Assembly (NCBI GenBank): GCA_001805445.1
Contig: MHGF01000023.1
Span: forward strand, 82,859-146,858
Length of the DNA: 64,000 bases
DNA from: Omnitrophica WOR_2 bacterium GWF2_43_52
GTDB lineage: Bacteria > Omnitrophota > Gorgyraeia > Gygaellales > UBA12090
Reading direction: 5' to 3'
Shown here: one piece after another, positions 1-7,942 of the stretch
Numbering within the stretch: position 1 is the first letter of the stretch
Layout: the number at the start of each line of letters is the position of its first letter
The notes under the pieces: generated by a model
Database searches by the model: none
The model's input: only the letters and a program-made list of their open reading frames with translations
Told to the model about the DNA's origin: nothing
Program-made: the position numbers and the translations under genes

Positions 1-182
1 CGGTTTTGTCGTCAATCACCGCTCAACCGCGGTCTTAGGCAGGTTTTCCAAAGAAATGGTGGTGAATGTGGCCAGGAAAGGTGGGATTGTCCCGACCTTG
101 GTACTATCGAAATAACCATTTAAAATCTTAGTGTTCTTCATTCGGGCTTAACGGAAATCTAAACGAGGCACTGTGTTCTGCC

Positions 183-1025
183 ATGAAAATTATCTTTTCC
201 CCTCAATGCTTAAAATATGAAAACCCTGGACATCCGGAAAGCCCCTTAAGAGTGAAGCTGGCGTATCAGTTCCTTAAGCAAAAAGGCCTGACATTTATAG
301 AGCCAGCGCCTTGTAAAGAAGAAGATGTCTTAGCTGTTCATTCTCAAGGGCTTTTGGACGCAGTGCAAAGTGGGCAATTCTCTGATGCGGATACCCCAAA
401 TCTAAAGGGTATTTTTGAGCATGCTTCTTTAGCAGCCGGTAGCGCGATTCAGGCACAAGAGCGCGCGCTTAAGGGAGAGAATGCCTTTTCTTTAATGCGT
501 CCTCCAGGGCATCACGCGGGCAAAGATACCTTAGGCGGTTTTTGTTACTTTAATAACATTGCTATCGCTATGAAAAAGGCGCTCAAAAAAGTGAAAAAAG
601 GCGCGATACTGGATTTAGATTGCCATCATGGTAATGGCACGCAGGATATTTTTCTGGGAAATGAACGCGTCTTGTATGTTTCTTTGCATCAAAGCCCTTT
701 ATATCCCGGAACAGGGTTAGAATCAGAAGAAAATTGTTTGAATTATCCTCTTCCTGCGGGAACTGACGGAAAAAGATACCTTGCAACCTTAGCGCAGGCA
801 CTTAAAAATATTAAGGCTTTTGACCCGGAATTACTGGGTATTTCTCTAGGTTTTGATACCTATAGGGAAGACCCTTTAACGAATTTTGGCCTTGAGATTG
901 CTGCGTATCGAGATATAGGAGCTTTGATAAAAGAATTATCTATTGCTGGCTTTGGCGTATTAGAGGGCGGCTATAGCCAAAGGCTCGGGGAGTGTATTCT
1001 TGAGTTTCTAAGCGGTTGGGAATAG
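183..1025 (+). CDS. Histone deacetylase / acetylpolyamine amidohydrolase family protein
   Basis: HPE, RPPGHHA, GFCYFNN, DLDCHHGNGTQ, SLHQSPLYPGTG, GFD and LEGGY motifs. Confidence 0.93.
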   Translation: MKIIFSPQCLKYENPGHPESPLRVKLAYQFLKQKGLTFIEPAPCKEEDVLAVHSQGLLDAVQSGQFSDADTPNLKGIFEHASLAAGSAIQAQERALKGENAFSLMRPPGHHAGKDTLGGFCYFNNIAIAMKKALKKVKKGAILDLDCHHGNGTQDIFLGNERVLYVSLHQSPLYPGTGLESEENCLNYPLPAGTDGKRYLATLAQALKNIKAFDPELLGISLGFDTYREDPLTNFGLEIAAYRDIGALIKELSIAGFGVLEGGYSQRLGECILEFLSGWE

Positions 1026-1092
1026 GTTTTATGAGTGCTTACTATGGCTTTTTGTCAATTCATGAGAAGGAGTCTTTTTACTAAATTTTATC

Positions 1093-1126
1093 TTGTCAAA
1101 ATGCCCTTCTGATAGTACTATATAAT
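1093..1126 (+). promoter_or_regulatory. Putative sigma70 promoter ahead of the tRNA locus
   Basis: TTGTCA (1093-1098), 17 nt, TACTAT (1116-1121), overlapping TATAAT (1121-1126). Confidence 0.5.
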
Positions 1127-1151
1127 GTCTTATTCCCCGAAAAGTCTTTTG

Positions 1152-1259
1152 GGGCCCATAGCTGGAGTCGGTCAGAGCAGCTCCGACGCTCGCATTTCAT
1201 GCTTGGTCGGAGCCCCGGCCTCCGGAAATTCTGCCGGAGCTTCGGGGGGTGACTCATAA
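1152..1259 (+). pseudogene. 5'-half copy of tRNA-Ile2 interrupted by a double-hairpin insert
   Basis: 1152-1180 matches the tRNA at 1329-1356 (acceptor 5' strand plus D arm); GTGACTCATAA resumes at 1249-1259; ~68 nt of hairpins lie between; no T arm or 3' acceptor strand. Confidence 0.75.
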
Positions 1260-1328
1260 CACGAATAAATATTGTAAGATAAGGCATTTTCTTAAAAGAT
1301 TATAAATGACGGAATAGTTAGAAACTTA

Positions 1329-1402
1329 GGGCCCATAGCTCAGTCGGTCAGAGCAGGTGACTCATAATCACTTGGTCGGAGGTTCGAGTCCTCCTGGGCC
1401 CA
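1329..1402 (+). tRNA. tRNA with CAT anticodon, probably tRNA-Ile2 (lysidine type)
   Basis: Cloverleaf: GGGCCCA/TGGGCCC acceptor, GGTGA-CTCATAA-TCACT anticodon arm, GGTTCGAGTCC T loop; resembles Ile2 rather than fMet; CCA not encoded. Confidence 0.93.
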
Positions 1403-1407
1403 GTATA

Positions 1408-1504
1408 GCAGAACTAAGAGCTAAGAAATAAGAAAAAGGCTTGGAAAAATTAAGTCCTAGGGCTAAAAAGAAGTATTTTTAATTTATCTTAGTTCTTAAC
1501 TCTG
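1408..1504. repeat. Degenerate heptamer (CTAAGAG-like) inverted-arm repeat between the two tRNAs
   Basis: GCAGAACTAAGAGCTAAGAAATAAG ... TCTTAGTTCTTAACTCTG; the first 14 nt are identical to 52060-52073. Confidence 0.7.
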
Positions 1505-1512
1505 TAGTATTG

Positions 1513-1586
1513 GGGCGATTGGCTCAGTTGGTTAGAGCGTCACATTCACATTGTGGAGGTCACAGGTTCGAATCCTGTATCGCCCA
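1513..1586 (+). tRNA. tRNA-Val(CAC)
   Basis: GGGCGAT/ATCGCCC acceptor, TCACA-TTCACAT-TGTGG anticodon arm, GGTTCGAATCC. Confidence 0.93.
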
Positions 1587-1622
1587 TAGTTTTCTTTATA
1601 GCTTATAGAAGGAGCCTTACAA

Positions 1623-2351
1623 TTGCCTGAAATAGTTAATATCAAAGAGCAAATACGTACCCTTATTCAACTGCAGGAATTTGACGCGGAAATCTTTGCC
1701 TTAACCAGAAAAAAGGAGCAATTGCCTATTGAAATTATGAATCTGGAAAAGGCCTTTGAAGATAAGAAAGCCACATTACAGAGCCTTGAGGAGAAGGCCA
1801 AGACTTTAGCACTCAAGCGCAAGGAAAAAGAAATGGATTTAGCTTCCAAAGAGGAAAATATAAAAAAGTTGACTACTCAGCTTGCGACATTGAAAACCAA
1901 TAAAGAATATCAGGTAATGCTGGCGCAAATTGCCGGACTTAGGACCGATAACTCAGTGCTCGAAGAAGAGATTCTCAAAGTTATGGAAGAGCAGGACGCG
2001 CGTAAGGAAGAGATTACGAAAGAAAAGGCGCGTCTTGCTGAAGAAGAGAAAATGTTTCAGGAAGAAAAGAAAAAGGTTGAAGCAAAGATAAAAGAAATAG
2101 AATTTTCTATACACGATTTGACTGCAAAACGCGGCCATCTCCTTGGAGGGGTAGAAAAGCGGATACTCCTAATCTATGAAAGAATTTTGAAAGCCCGGGA
2201 AGGCCTTGCCTTAGTACGGGTTAAAGATTTTTCCTGTCAAGGCTGCCATATGTCAGTAACTCCGCAAGTAGTTAATGAAATCAAAATGCAGGAAAAACTT
2301 ATCGTCTGTGAATCATGCGCGCGGATATTGTATCTTGAAGAGGATATGTGA
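1623..2351 (+). CDS. Coiled-coil protein with C-terminal C4 zinc ribbon (DUF164/CT398-like)
   Basis: Long coiled coil, TNKEY motif, CQGCHM...CESCARIL; this family commonly precedes RNase HI. Confidence 0.88.
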   Translation: MPEIVNIKEQIRTLIQLQEFDAEIFALTRKKEQLPIEIMNLEKAFEDKKATLQSLEEKAKTLALKRKEKEMDLASKEENIKKLTTQLATLKTNKEYQVMLAQIAGLRTDNSVLEEEILKVMEEQDARKEEITKEKARLAEEEKMFQEEKKKVEAKIKEIEFSIHDLTAKRGHLLGGVEKRILLIYERILKAREGLALVRVKDFSCQGCHMSVTPQVVNEIKMQEKLIVCESCARILYLEEDM

Positions 2352-2755
2352 AACAGTTTGATATTTACATAGATGGCGCGGCAAAAGGTAACCCCGGCCC
2401 CGCTGGAATAGGGGTTATGATCTGTCACAATGGCGAAGTCATTAAGAATATTGCCAAGCATATCGGCAGCGCTACTAATAATGTTGCCGAGTATACCGCG
2501 CTTATCTACGCGCTTAAAGAGTCACGTGTCTTAGACGCAAGCAACATCAAGGTTTTTACCGATAGCGAACTCCTTTATAAGCAGATACGAGGCGAATATA
2601 AAGTACGGCATGAAAATCTGAAACCTTTGTTTGAACAAATACAAGATCTGCTTAAAGAATTCTCTTTTTTTGAAATTCGGCATATACGCCGTGAGAATAA
2701 CCGCGGCGCGGATAAACTCGCGGATCAAGCAGCGAAAGAAATTAAGGTAGGTTAG
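2348..2755 (+). CDS. rnhA: Ribonuclease HI
   Basis: IDGAAKGNPGPAG, TNNVAEY, DSEL, HIRRENNRGADKLA. Confidence 0.92.
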   Translation: MKQFDIYIDGAAKGNPGPAGIGVMICHNGEVIKNIAKHIGSATNNVAEYTALIYALKESRVLDASNIKVFTDSELLYKQIRGEYKVRHENLKPLFEQIQDLLKEFSFFEIRHIRRENNRGADKLADQAAKEIKVG

Positions 2756-3303
2756 AAAAGTGGCTGCTTCTCCAACGTAATGTTGGAGGGGAGGAAAGTC
2801 CGGGCTCCAAAGGGTAAGCGTATCCTGATAATCTCAGGACATCCTTGAAGCCCGAAATTTGCATAAAGAAAAAAGTTTTTAGGTTTTTAAAAAGATACGG
2901 GTTAACAAAACCGTTCTTCATGCAAAATTCGGGTAACAGGGGTTGGATTATCCCGATGATTTCCGACGATACGTCGGGGCTGTCGGGATCCCGACTGAAG
3001 CGTAAGCGAACGTCGGGAGAGCCACAGAGACGAGTCTGTAACCGCTGAAGCACTGAAGGATGTTTTATAGATAGGTCTATTGTTTAAAAGGTGATTCAGT
3101 GTTTCAGTGGTTGCAGGGTGAAACGCGGCAATCTCTACGCGGAGTAAGGCCAAATAGGTCCTGCCATAAGAGCGGCCCGCTTCTAGTCTTCAATCAAATG
3201 AAGGCAGGCAGGATGGGTAGGCTGCTAGAGTCCCCGCGGCAACGCAGGGACCAAGAGAAATAGCCACTACATACAGAACCCGGCTTACAAAAACCTACCT
3301 TAA
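2742..3303 (+). ncRNA. rnpB: RNase P RNA (unusually long, ~560 nt)
   Basis: P1 TTAAGGTAGGTT/AACCTACCTTAA; GAGGAAAGTCCGGGC (2791-2805); GCCACAGA; GGGTGAAAC; GGAGTAAGGCCAAATAGG; ACAGAACCCGGCTTA (3273-3287). Confidence 0.95.
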
Positions 3304-3542
3304 CACTGTGATCAATCCTGGATGCTTAAAACATGCAGCTTAAGAAAACGAGCGTGTGGAAAAGGCAGTAAAAGGTTTTCGTTGCTGCTTGTTGTGTTTT
3401 GAGCCTGTAGAGCTGTGTGTCGTCCCATAGGCTTGAGAAGTCAAGGGTTTCGATACAGGGCAGGTTCCCGTTTTGCCAGGGTTGCAGAAATCACCGACAG
3501 CTAAAGCTCTTAGGTTGAAAGTTATGACAAGAGGTACGTAGT

Positions 3543-4427
3543 ATGTCTATAGCGCATTCCCATCATCACCACAGTGCTGAAAAACTCAATAAACTTAAGC
3601 TCGCCCTTATTTTAACCGCATTGGGGATGGTTTTTGAGTTTATCGGAGGCTTCCTTTCTAATAGTCTCGCGCTTTTGTCTGATGCCGGACACATGCTTAC
3701 CCATCTTTTTGCCTTGGGGATGAGTTATTTTGCTATTGTCTTAGCGCAGCGGCCATCTACGAAAAAGCGAACGTATGGATTTTATCGCGCGGAAATCCTG
3801 GCGGCATTTATTAATGGTATTGTCTTGATTTTGATCTCACTCTATCTTGTTTATGAAGCGGTGTTACGTTTTATGTCTCCGGAGAAAATTAAGGTAGGAG
3901 AAATGCTTTTGGTGGCAGGGTTTGGCCTGGTGATTAACGGCATAAGTACTGTTTTGCTTGCCAAGGCAAGCCACCACGATTTGAATGTAAGAAGCGCCTT
4001 TTTACACGAAATAGGCGATATGATTTCAAGTATCGCGGTGGTGGGTGTAGGGATTATTATCTTTTATACCCAGAATTATATTCTTGACCCGCTCATTTCT
4101 CTTTTTATTTGCGTCTTAATCGTTATTTGGGCGGTAAAGCTTATTATTGAGTCAGGAAATATCTTGCTTGAGGCAACGCCTGCCCATCTTGATATTGAGG
4201 AGGTTATCGCGGTATTAAAGAATGAGGTCTCCGGGATACATGAGGTCAATCATGTGCACGCATGGACAATCGCGTCGTCAATGTACTCATTAACCGCGCA
4301 TGTGGTAATTGAAGATTGTAAGCTCAGCAGTGCCAATGAGCTTTTAGAAAAAATAAATATTCTCCTGGAAGAACGTTTCAATATAGAACATACGAATATA
4401 CAGTTTGATTGCCTTATCAAGAAGTAA
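3543..4427 (+). CDS. Cation diffusion facilitator (CzcD/ZitB-like) transporter
   Basis: His-rich N-terminus, SLALLSDAGHM, TYGFYRAEILAA, six TM segments, HVHAW. Confidence 0.93.
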   Translation: MSIAHSHHHHSAEKLNKLKLALILTALGMVFEFIGGFLSNSLALLSDAGHMLTHLFALGMSYFAIVLAQRPSTKKRTYGFYRAEILAAFINGIVLILISLYLVYEAVLRFMSPEKIKVGEMLLVAGFGLVINGISTVLLAKASHHDLNVRSAFLHEIGDMISSIAVVGVGIIIFYTQNYILDPLISLFICVLIVIWAVKLIIESGNILLEATPAHLDIEEVIAVLKNEVSGIHEVNHVHAWTIASSMYSLTAHVVIEDCKLSSANELLEKINILLEERFNIEHTNIQFDCLIKK

Positions 4428-4518
4428 TGATACGCTTTTGATACGAGCGGGCTAAACAGTTATGAGAAGCTAATAGTGAAGTAAGGATTTTAAAGGCGGA
4501 AAAGGAGGGAGAAGAGAA

Positions 4519-4704
4519 ATGAAAGCAGTTGTTGATTCCGAGGTGTGTATCGGTTGCGGCTTATGCGCGGATACCTGTCCCGGGGTATATCGCATGGAAA
4601 ACGATAAGGCAGTTACTTCTGTGGACATCGTGCCAAAAGATCAGGAAGAATGCGCGAAAAAGGGGGCAGAGGAATGCCCTGTTGAGGCGATAAAAATAGT
4701 ATAA
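4519..4704 (+). CDS. Single-cluster ferredoxin
   Basis: CIGCGLC...CP...CPVEAI; strong RBS AGGAGG. Confidence 0.92.
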   Translation: MKAVVDSEVCIGCGLCADTCPGVYRMENDKAVTSVDIVPKDQEECAKKGAEECPVEAIKIV

Positions 4705-4710
4705 GATACC

Positions 4711-4796
4711 GTAGAAATTTATTGAAATTGATAGAAATGGAAAGAAAAGAACAATACATTTCCATTAATTCCTATTCATTTCTATAAATTTCATTT
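4711..4796. repeat. Decamer-period (TAGAAAT/ATTTCTA) inverted-arm repeat
   Basis: GTAGAAATTT ATTGAAATTG ATAGAAATGG ... CATTTCCATT AATTCCTATT CATTTCTATA AATTTCATTT. Confidence 0.75.
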
Positions 4797-4798
4797 GT

Positions 4799-5809
4799 AT
4801 GTTAAAAGAAGCTCTCCTTTATAAGAAGCTCGCTGATAAAAAAGTTTCCTGTTTTCTCTGCGCCCATTATTGCGTTATTAGTGATGGCAATTTTGGCATA
4901 TGCCAGATGCGGCAAAATAAAGAAGGGATTCTTTATACCCATGCCTATGGCAGTATAGTCGCGGCAAACATCGATCCCATTGAGAAAAAACCAATCTTTC
5001 ATATGTTGCCGGGCTCGAAGTCATTTTCTATTGCCACAGTAGGTTGTAATTTCCAATGTGGTTTTTGCCAGAATTGGCAGATTTCCCAGAAAAAAGAGGC
5101 TGAAAAATTAGGGGTAGGTTCGCAGCCAATGAGCCCTGAGGAAATTGTGAAAGAGGCTTTGCGGGCAGCCTGCAAAAGTATTTCCTTTACGTATACCGAG
5201 CCAACCATCTTTTTTGAATACGCGCTTGAAACAGCTCAGCGTGCCAAGGAACAAGGCCTCTCTACGATCTTTGTCACCAACGGTTATATGACCAAGGATG
5301 CTTTGGCAATGATTGAGCCGTATTTAGACGCTGCCAATGTGGATTTGAAGTTTTTTCGCGATGAAAGCTATAGAAGGGTTTGCGGTGGCAGGCTCCAGCC
5401 GGTTTTAGACACGATTTCCCTGATGCGCGAAAAAAATATCTGGGTTGAGGTAACGACATTGCTTGTGCCGGGGGAAAATGATTCTTGCGATGAATTAAAA
5501 GGTATTGCCTCATTTTTAGCAGGAGTAGGGAAAGAAATTCCCTGGCATATCTCAAGATTTCATCCGGATTATAAAATGGCAGATAAGAATGCCACAGCTC
5601 TTGGCCTTTTACACGAGGCGTGTAAGATCGGTAAGGACGCGGGCCTACGATATGTCTATGTCGGCAATATCTTGGAAGAAGAGAAAACGTATTGTTATCA
5701 GTGCGGGCAGCCCCTTATATCCAGAAGAGGTTTTGAGGTCCTTGAATATAACCTCAAAAACGGCAGGTGCCCCGGATGTCATAGCGCGCTCGATGGGGTT
5801 GCGCTCTAG
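4799..5809 (+). CDS. amrS: AmmeMemoRadiSam-type radical SAM enzyme
   Basis: CFLCAHYC, DPIEKKP, GCNFQCGFCQNWQISQ, FTYTEPTIF, C-terminal zinc ribbon. Confidence 0.9.
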   Translation: MLKEALLYKKLADKKVSCFLCAHYCVISDGNFGICQMRQNKEGILYTHAYGSIVAANIDPIEKKPIFHMLPGSKSFSIATVGCNFQCGFCQNWQISQKKEAEKLGVGSQPMSPEEIVKEALRAACKSISFTYTEPTIFFEYALETAQRAKEQGLSTIFVTNGYMTKDALAMIEPYLDAANVDLKFFRDESYRRVCGGRLQPVLDTISLMREKNIWVEVTTLLVPGENDSCDELKGIASFLAGVGKEIPWHISRFHPDYKMADKNATALGLLHEACKIGKDAGLRYVYVGNILEEEKTYCYQCGQPLISRRGFEVLEYNLKNGRCPGCHSALDGVAL

Positions 5810-5812
5810 AAT

Positions 5813-6220
5813 ATGACGAAACTTAATCATATCGGTGTCGTTACGAATCATCCCAAGCGGTTGCTTGATTTTTATACCGGTGCTTTAGCATTTACCAGAA
5901 GCCAGGAAATCACTTTGTCAAAGGAGATTGTGCGAAGTATCTTTAATATCCGTAAGGAAGCCACAATGGTAAAGCTCGTAAAGGATAAGACATGCCTGGA
6001 AGTTTTTTGGTTTAAGGATTACAGGCTCAAACCGCGCGCAAAAGACACGCTGGGTTATAACCACTTTGGCATAGAAGAAGAAAAGAGAGAGCTGTTGTGT
6101 CAAAAGTTGCGCCGGGTGTTTCATATAAAGGTAACCAAGGTAAAGCGGGGCGGCCATTATAACTATTTTATCCGTGATCCCGATAAAAATATTATAGAAA
6201 TTAAAGAGGCTCACATTTAA
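5813..6220 (+). CDS. VOC/glyoxalase family protein
   Basis: LNHIGVV...FY...GYNHFG...FIRDPDKNIIE. Confidence 0.85.
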   Translation: MTKLNHIGVVTNHPKRLLDFYTGALAFTRSQEITLSKEIVRSIFNIRKEATMVKLVKDKTCLEVFWFKDYRLKPRAKDTLGYNHFGIEEEKRELLCQKLRRVFHIKVTKVKRGGHYNYFIRDPDKNIIEIKEAHI

Positions 6221-6226
6221 GTACCT

Positions 6227-7942
6227 ATGGCACAACGTATACGAATAACACATGGCCTGCTGCGCATAGCCATGGCTCAAATCAATACCTGTGTAGGAGA
6301 TTTTGAGGCCAATACCCAAAAGATAGCCAGGGCAATACATCAGGCAAGGGCTAAGGGTTGCGATAGTATTGTTTTCCCGGAATTAGCGGTATGCGGGTAT
6401 CCTCCTGAGGATATGCTTTTTAAGCAAAGTTTTGTCAGGGAAAATATCAGGCAGCTCAAGCGGATACAAAAGGAGACTAAGGACATCCTCGCGGTTGTCG
6501 GTTTTGTGGATAAAAAAGGTAACCGTTTGTTTAACAGTGCCGCGGTTATTGCCAATCAGAAAATCGTCGGGATATATCATAAAGTTCATCTTCCCAATTA
6601 TGGCGTTTTTGACGAAAAGCGCTATTTTTCAAGCGGTGAGCACTATGAGGTGTATGCCTTTCGTGGAAATTATTTCGCGGTAAATATCTGTGAGGATATC
6701 TGGATTAATGACGGAGTAATCGCGGCGCAGGCCAAGGCAGGAGCCGGTATTATTTTCACTATTAACGCTTCTCCGTATCATAGGGGGAAAATCAGCCTTC
6801 GCCAGAAAGTCTTGAAAGAGCAGGCAAAGAAAAATCAGGTGTTTATTGTGTATGTCAATCTGGTAGGAGGACAGGACGAATTGGTCTTTGACGGCCAAAG
6901 CATGCTTATATCGGATAAGGGAAAAGTGCTTTCGCTTGCGCCTGCCTTCCAAGAAGATTTGCACATTGTTGATATAGCGCTTTCGAAGCTTCCCTCTAAA
7001 CAAACCCCGCGCAAGGGTTATGTGAAAACGATTACTATTCCTGAATCTTTGAAACCCGTCTTGGAACCTGTGGCTCAGGCAAAGCTTAAACCGCTTGAAG
7101 ATGTCTTCCAAGCCCTTGTTGCAGGGACCCGGGATTATGTATTGAAAAATGGTTTTAAGAGAGTTGTTCTAGGCTTAAGCGGCGGCATTGATTCAAGCCT
7201 TGTCGCGGCGATTGCCGTTAAGGCATTGGGTAAGGAAAATGTTTCGGGGGTGTTATTGCCCTCACACTTTAATTCTCAGGCAAGTTATGATGACGCGATT
7301 TCAGTTGCTCAAAATTTGGGGATAGAGTATAACGTTATCCCCATTCAGGAGATTTTTGAGAATTACCTGAAAGTCCTGCGCCCTTATTTTGAAGGCAAGC
7401 CTTGGAATGTTGCCGAAGAGAACCTGCAGGCTCGTATCCGCGGGACTATCCTTATGGCGTTTTCCAATAAATTCGGCTGGATGGTTTTGACTACCGGAAA
7501 CAAGAGCGAAATGGGAGTAGGATACGCGACGCTTTACGGGGATATGGCGGGGGGATTCGCGGTGATTAAGGATGTTCCTAAAACCCTTGTCTATAAGCTC
7601 TGTGAGTTTTATAATGTTATCTCAGGCAAAGAGGTTATCCCTGGCCGTGTTTTCAGCAAAGCGCCAACCGCTGAATTGAGGGAAAATCAGAAAGATTCAG
7701 ACAGCCTGCCCGTGTATGAGGCGCTTGACCCTATTTTGAAATATTATATTGAAGATGATCTGCCGATTTCTAAGATTGTTGAAAAAGGTTTTAGCAAAAA
7801 TGAGGTTGTAAGAACCGCGCAGATGGTAGATAGAAGCGAATACAAACGCAGGCAGTCTCCTCCGGGAGTTAAGATTACTCCCCGGGCATTTGGCAGGGAC
7901 AGGAGAATGCCCATAACGAATAAGTTCCGGGAGGTGATGTAG
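6227..7942 (+). CDS. nadE: Glutamine-dependent NAD+ synthetase
   Basis: Nitrilase domain (FPEL, LPNYGVFDEKRYF, ICEDIW) plus SGGIDS, ENLQARIRG, TGNKSE, EYKRRQ. Confidence 0.96.
   Translation: MAQRIRITHGLLRIAMAQINTCVGDFEANTQKIARAIHQARAKGCDSIVFPELAVCGYPPEDMLFKQSFVRENIRQLKRIQKETKDILAVVGFVDKKGNRLFNSAAVIANQKIVGIYHKVHLPNYGVFDEKRYFSSGEHYEVYAFRGNYFAVNICEDIWINDGVIAAQAKAGAGIIFTINASPYHRGKISLRQKVLKEQAKKNQVFIVYVNLVGGQDELVFDGQSMLISDKGKVLSLAPAFQEDLHIVDIALSKLPSKQTPRKGYVKTITIPESLKPVLEPVAQAKLKPLEDVFQALVAGTRDYVLKNGFKRVVLGLSGGIDSSLVAAIAVKALGKENVSGVLLPSHFNSQASYDDAISVAQNLGIEYNVIPIQEIFENYLKVLRPYFEGKPWNVAEENLQARIRGTILMAFSNKFGWMVLTTGNKSEMGVGYATLYGDMAGGFAVIKDVPKTLVYKLCEFYNVISGKEVIPGRVFSKAPTAELRENQKDSDSLPVYEALDPILKYYIEDDLPISKIVEKGFSKNEVVRTAQMVDRSEYKRRQSPPGVKITPRAFGRDRRMPITNKFREVM

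Noticed and set aside
1-115. Possible 3' end of an upstream CDS (frame 2, ...FSKEMVVNVARKGGIVPTLVLSK*)
   Set aside because: Too short to assign a frame or product confidently.
2742-3153. ORFs 2742-3053(-), 2845-3048(+) and 2902-3153(-)
   Set aside because: They lie within the RNase P RNA, show no recognisable motifs, and are most likely chance frames in the insert.
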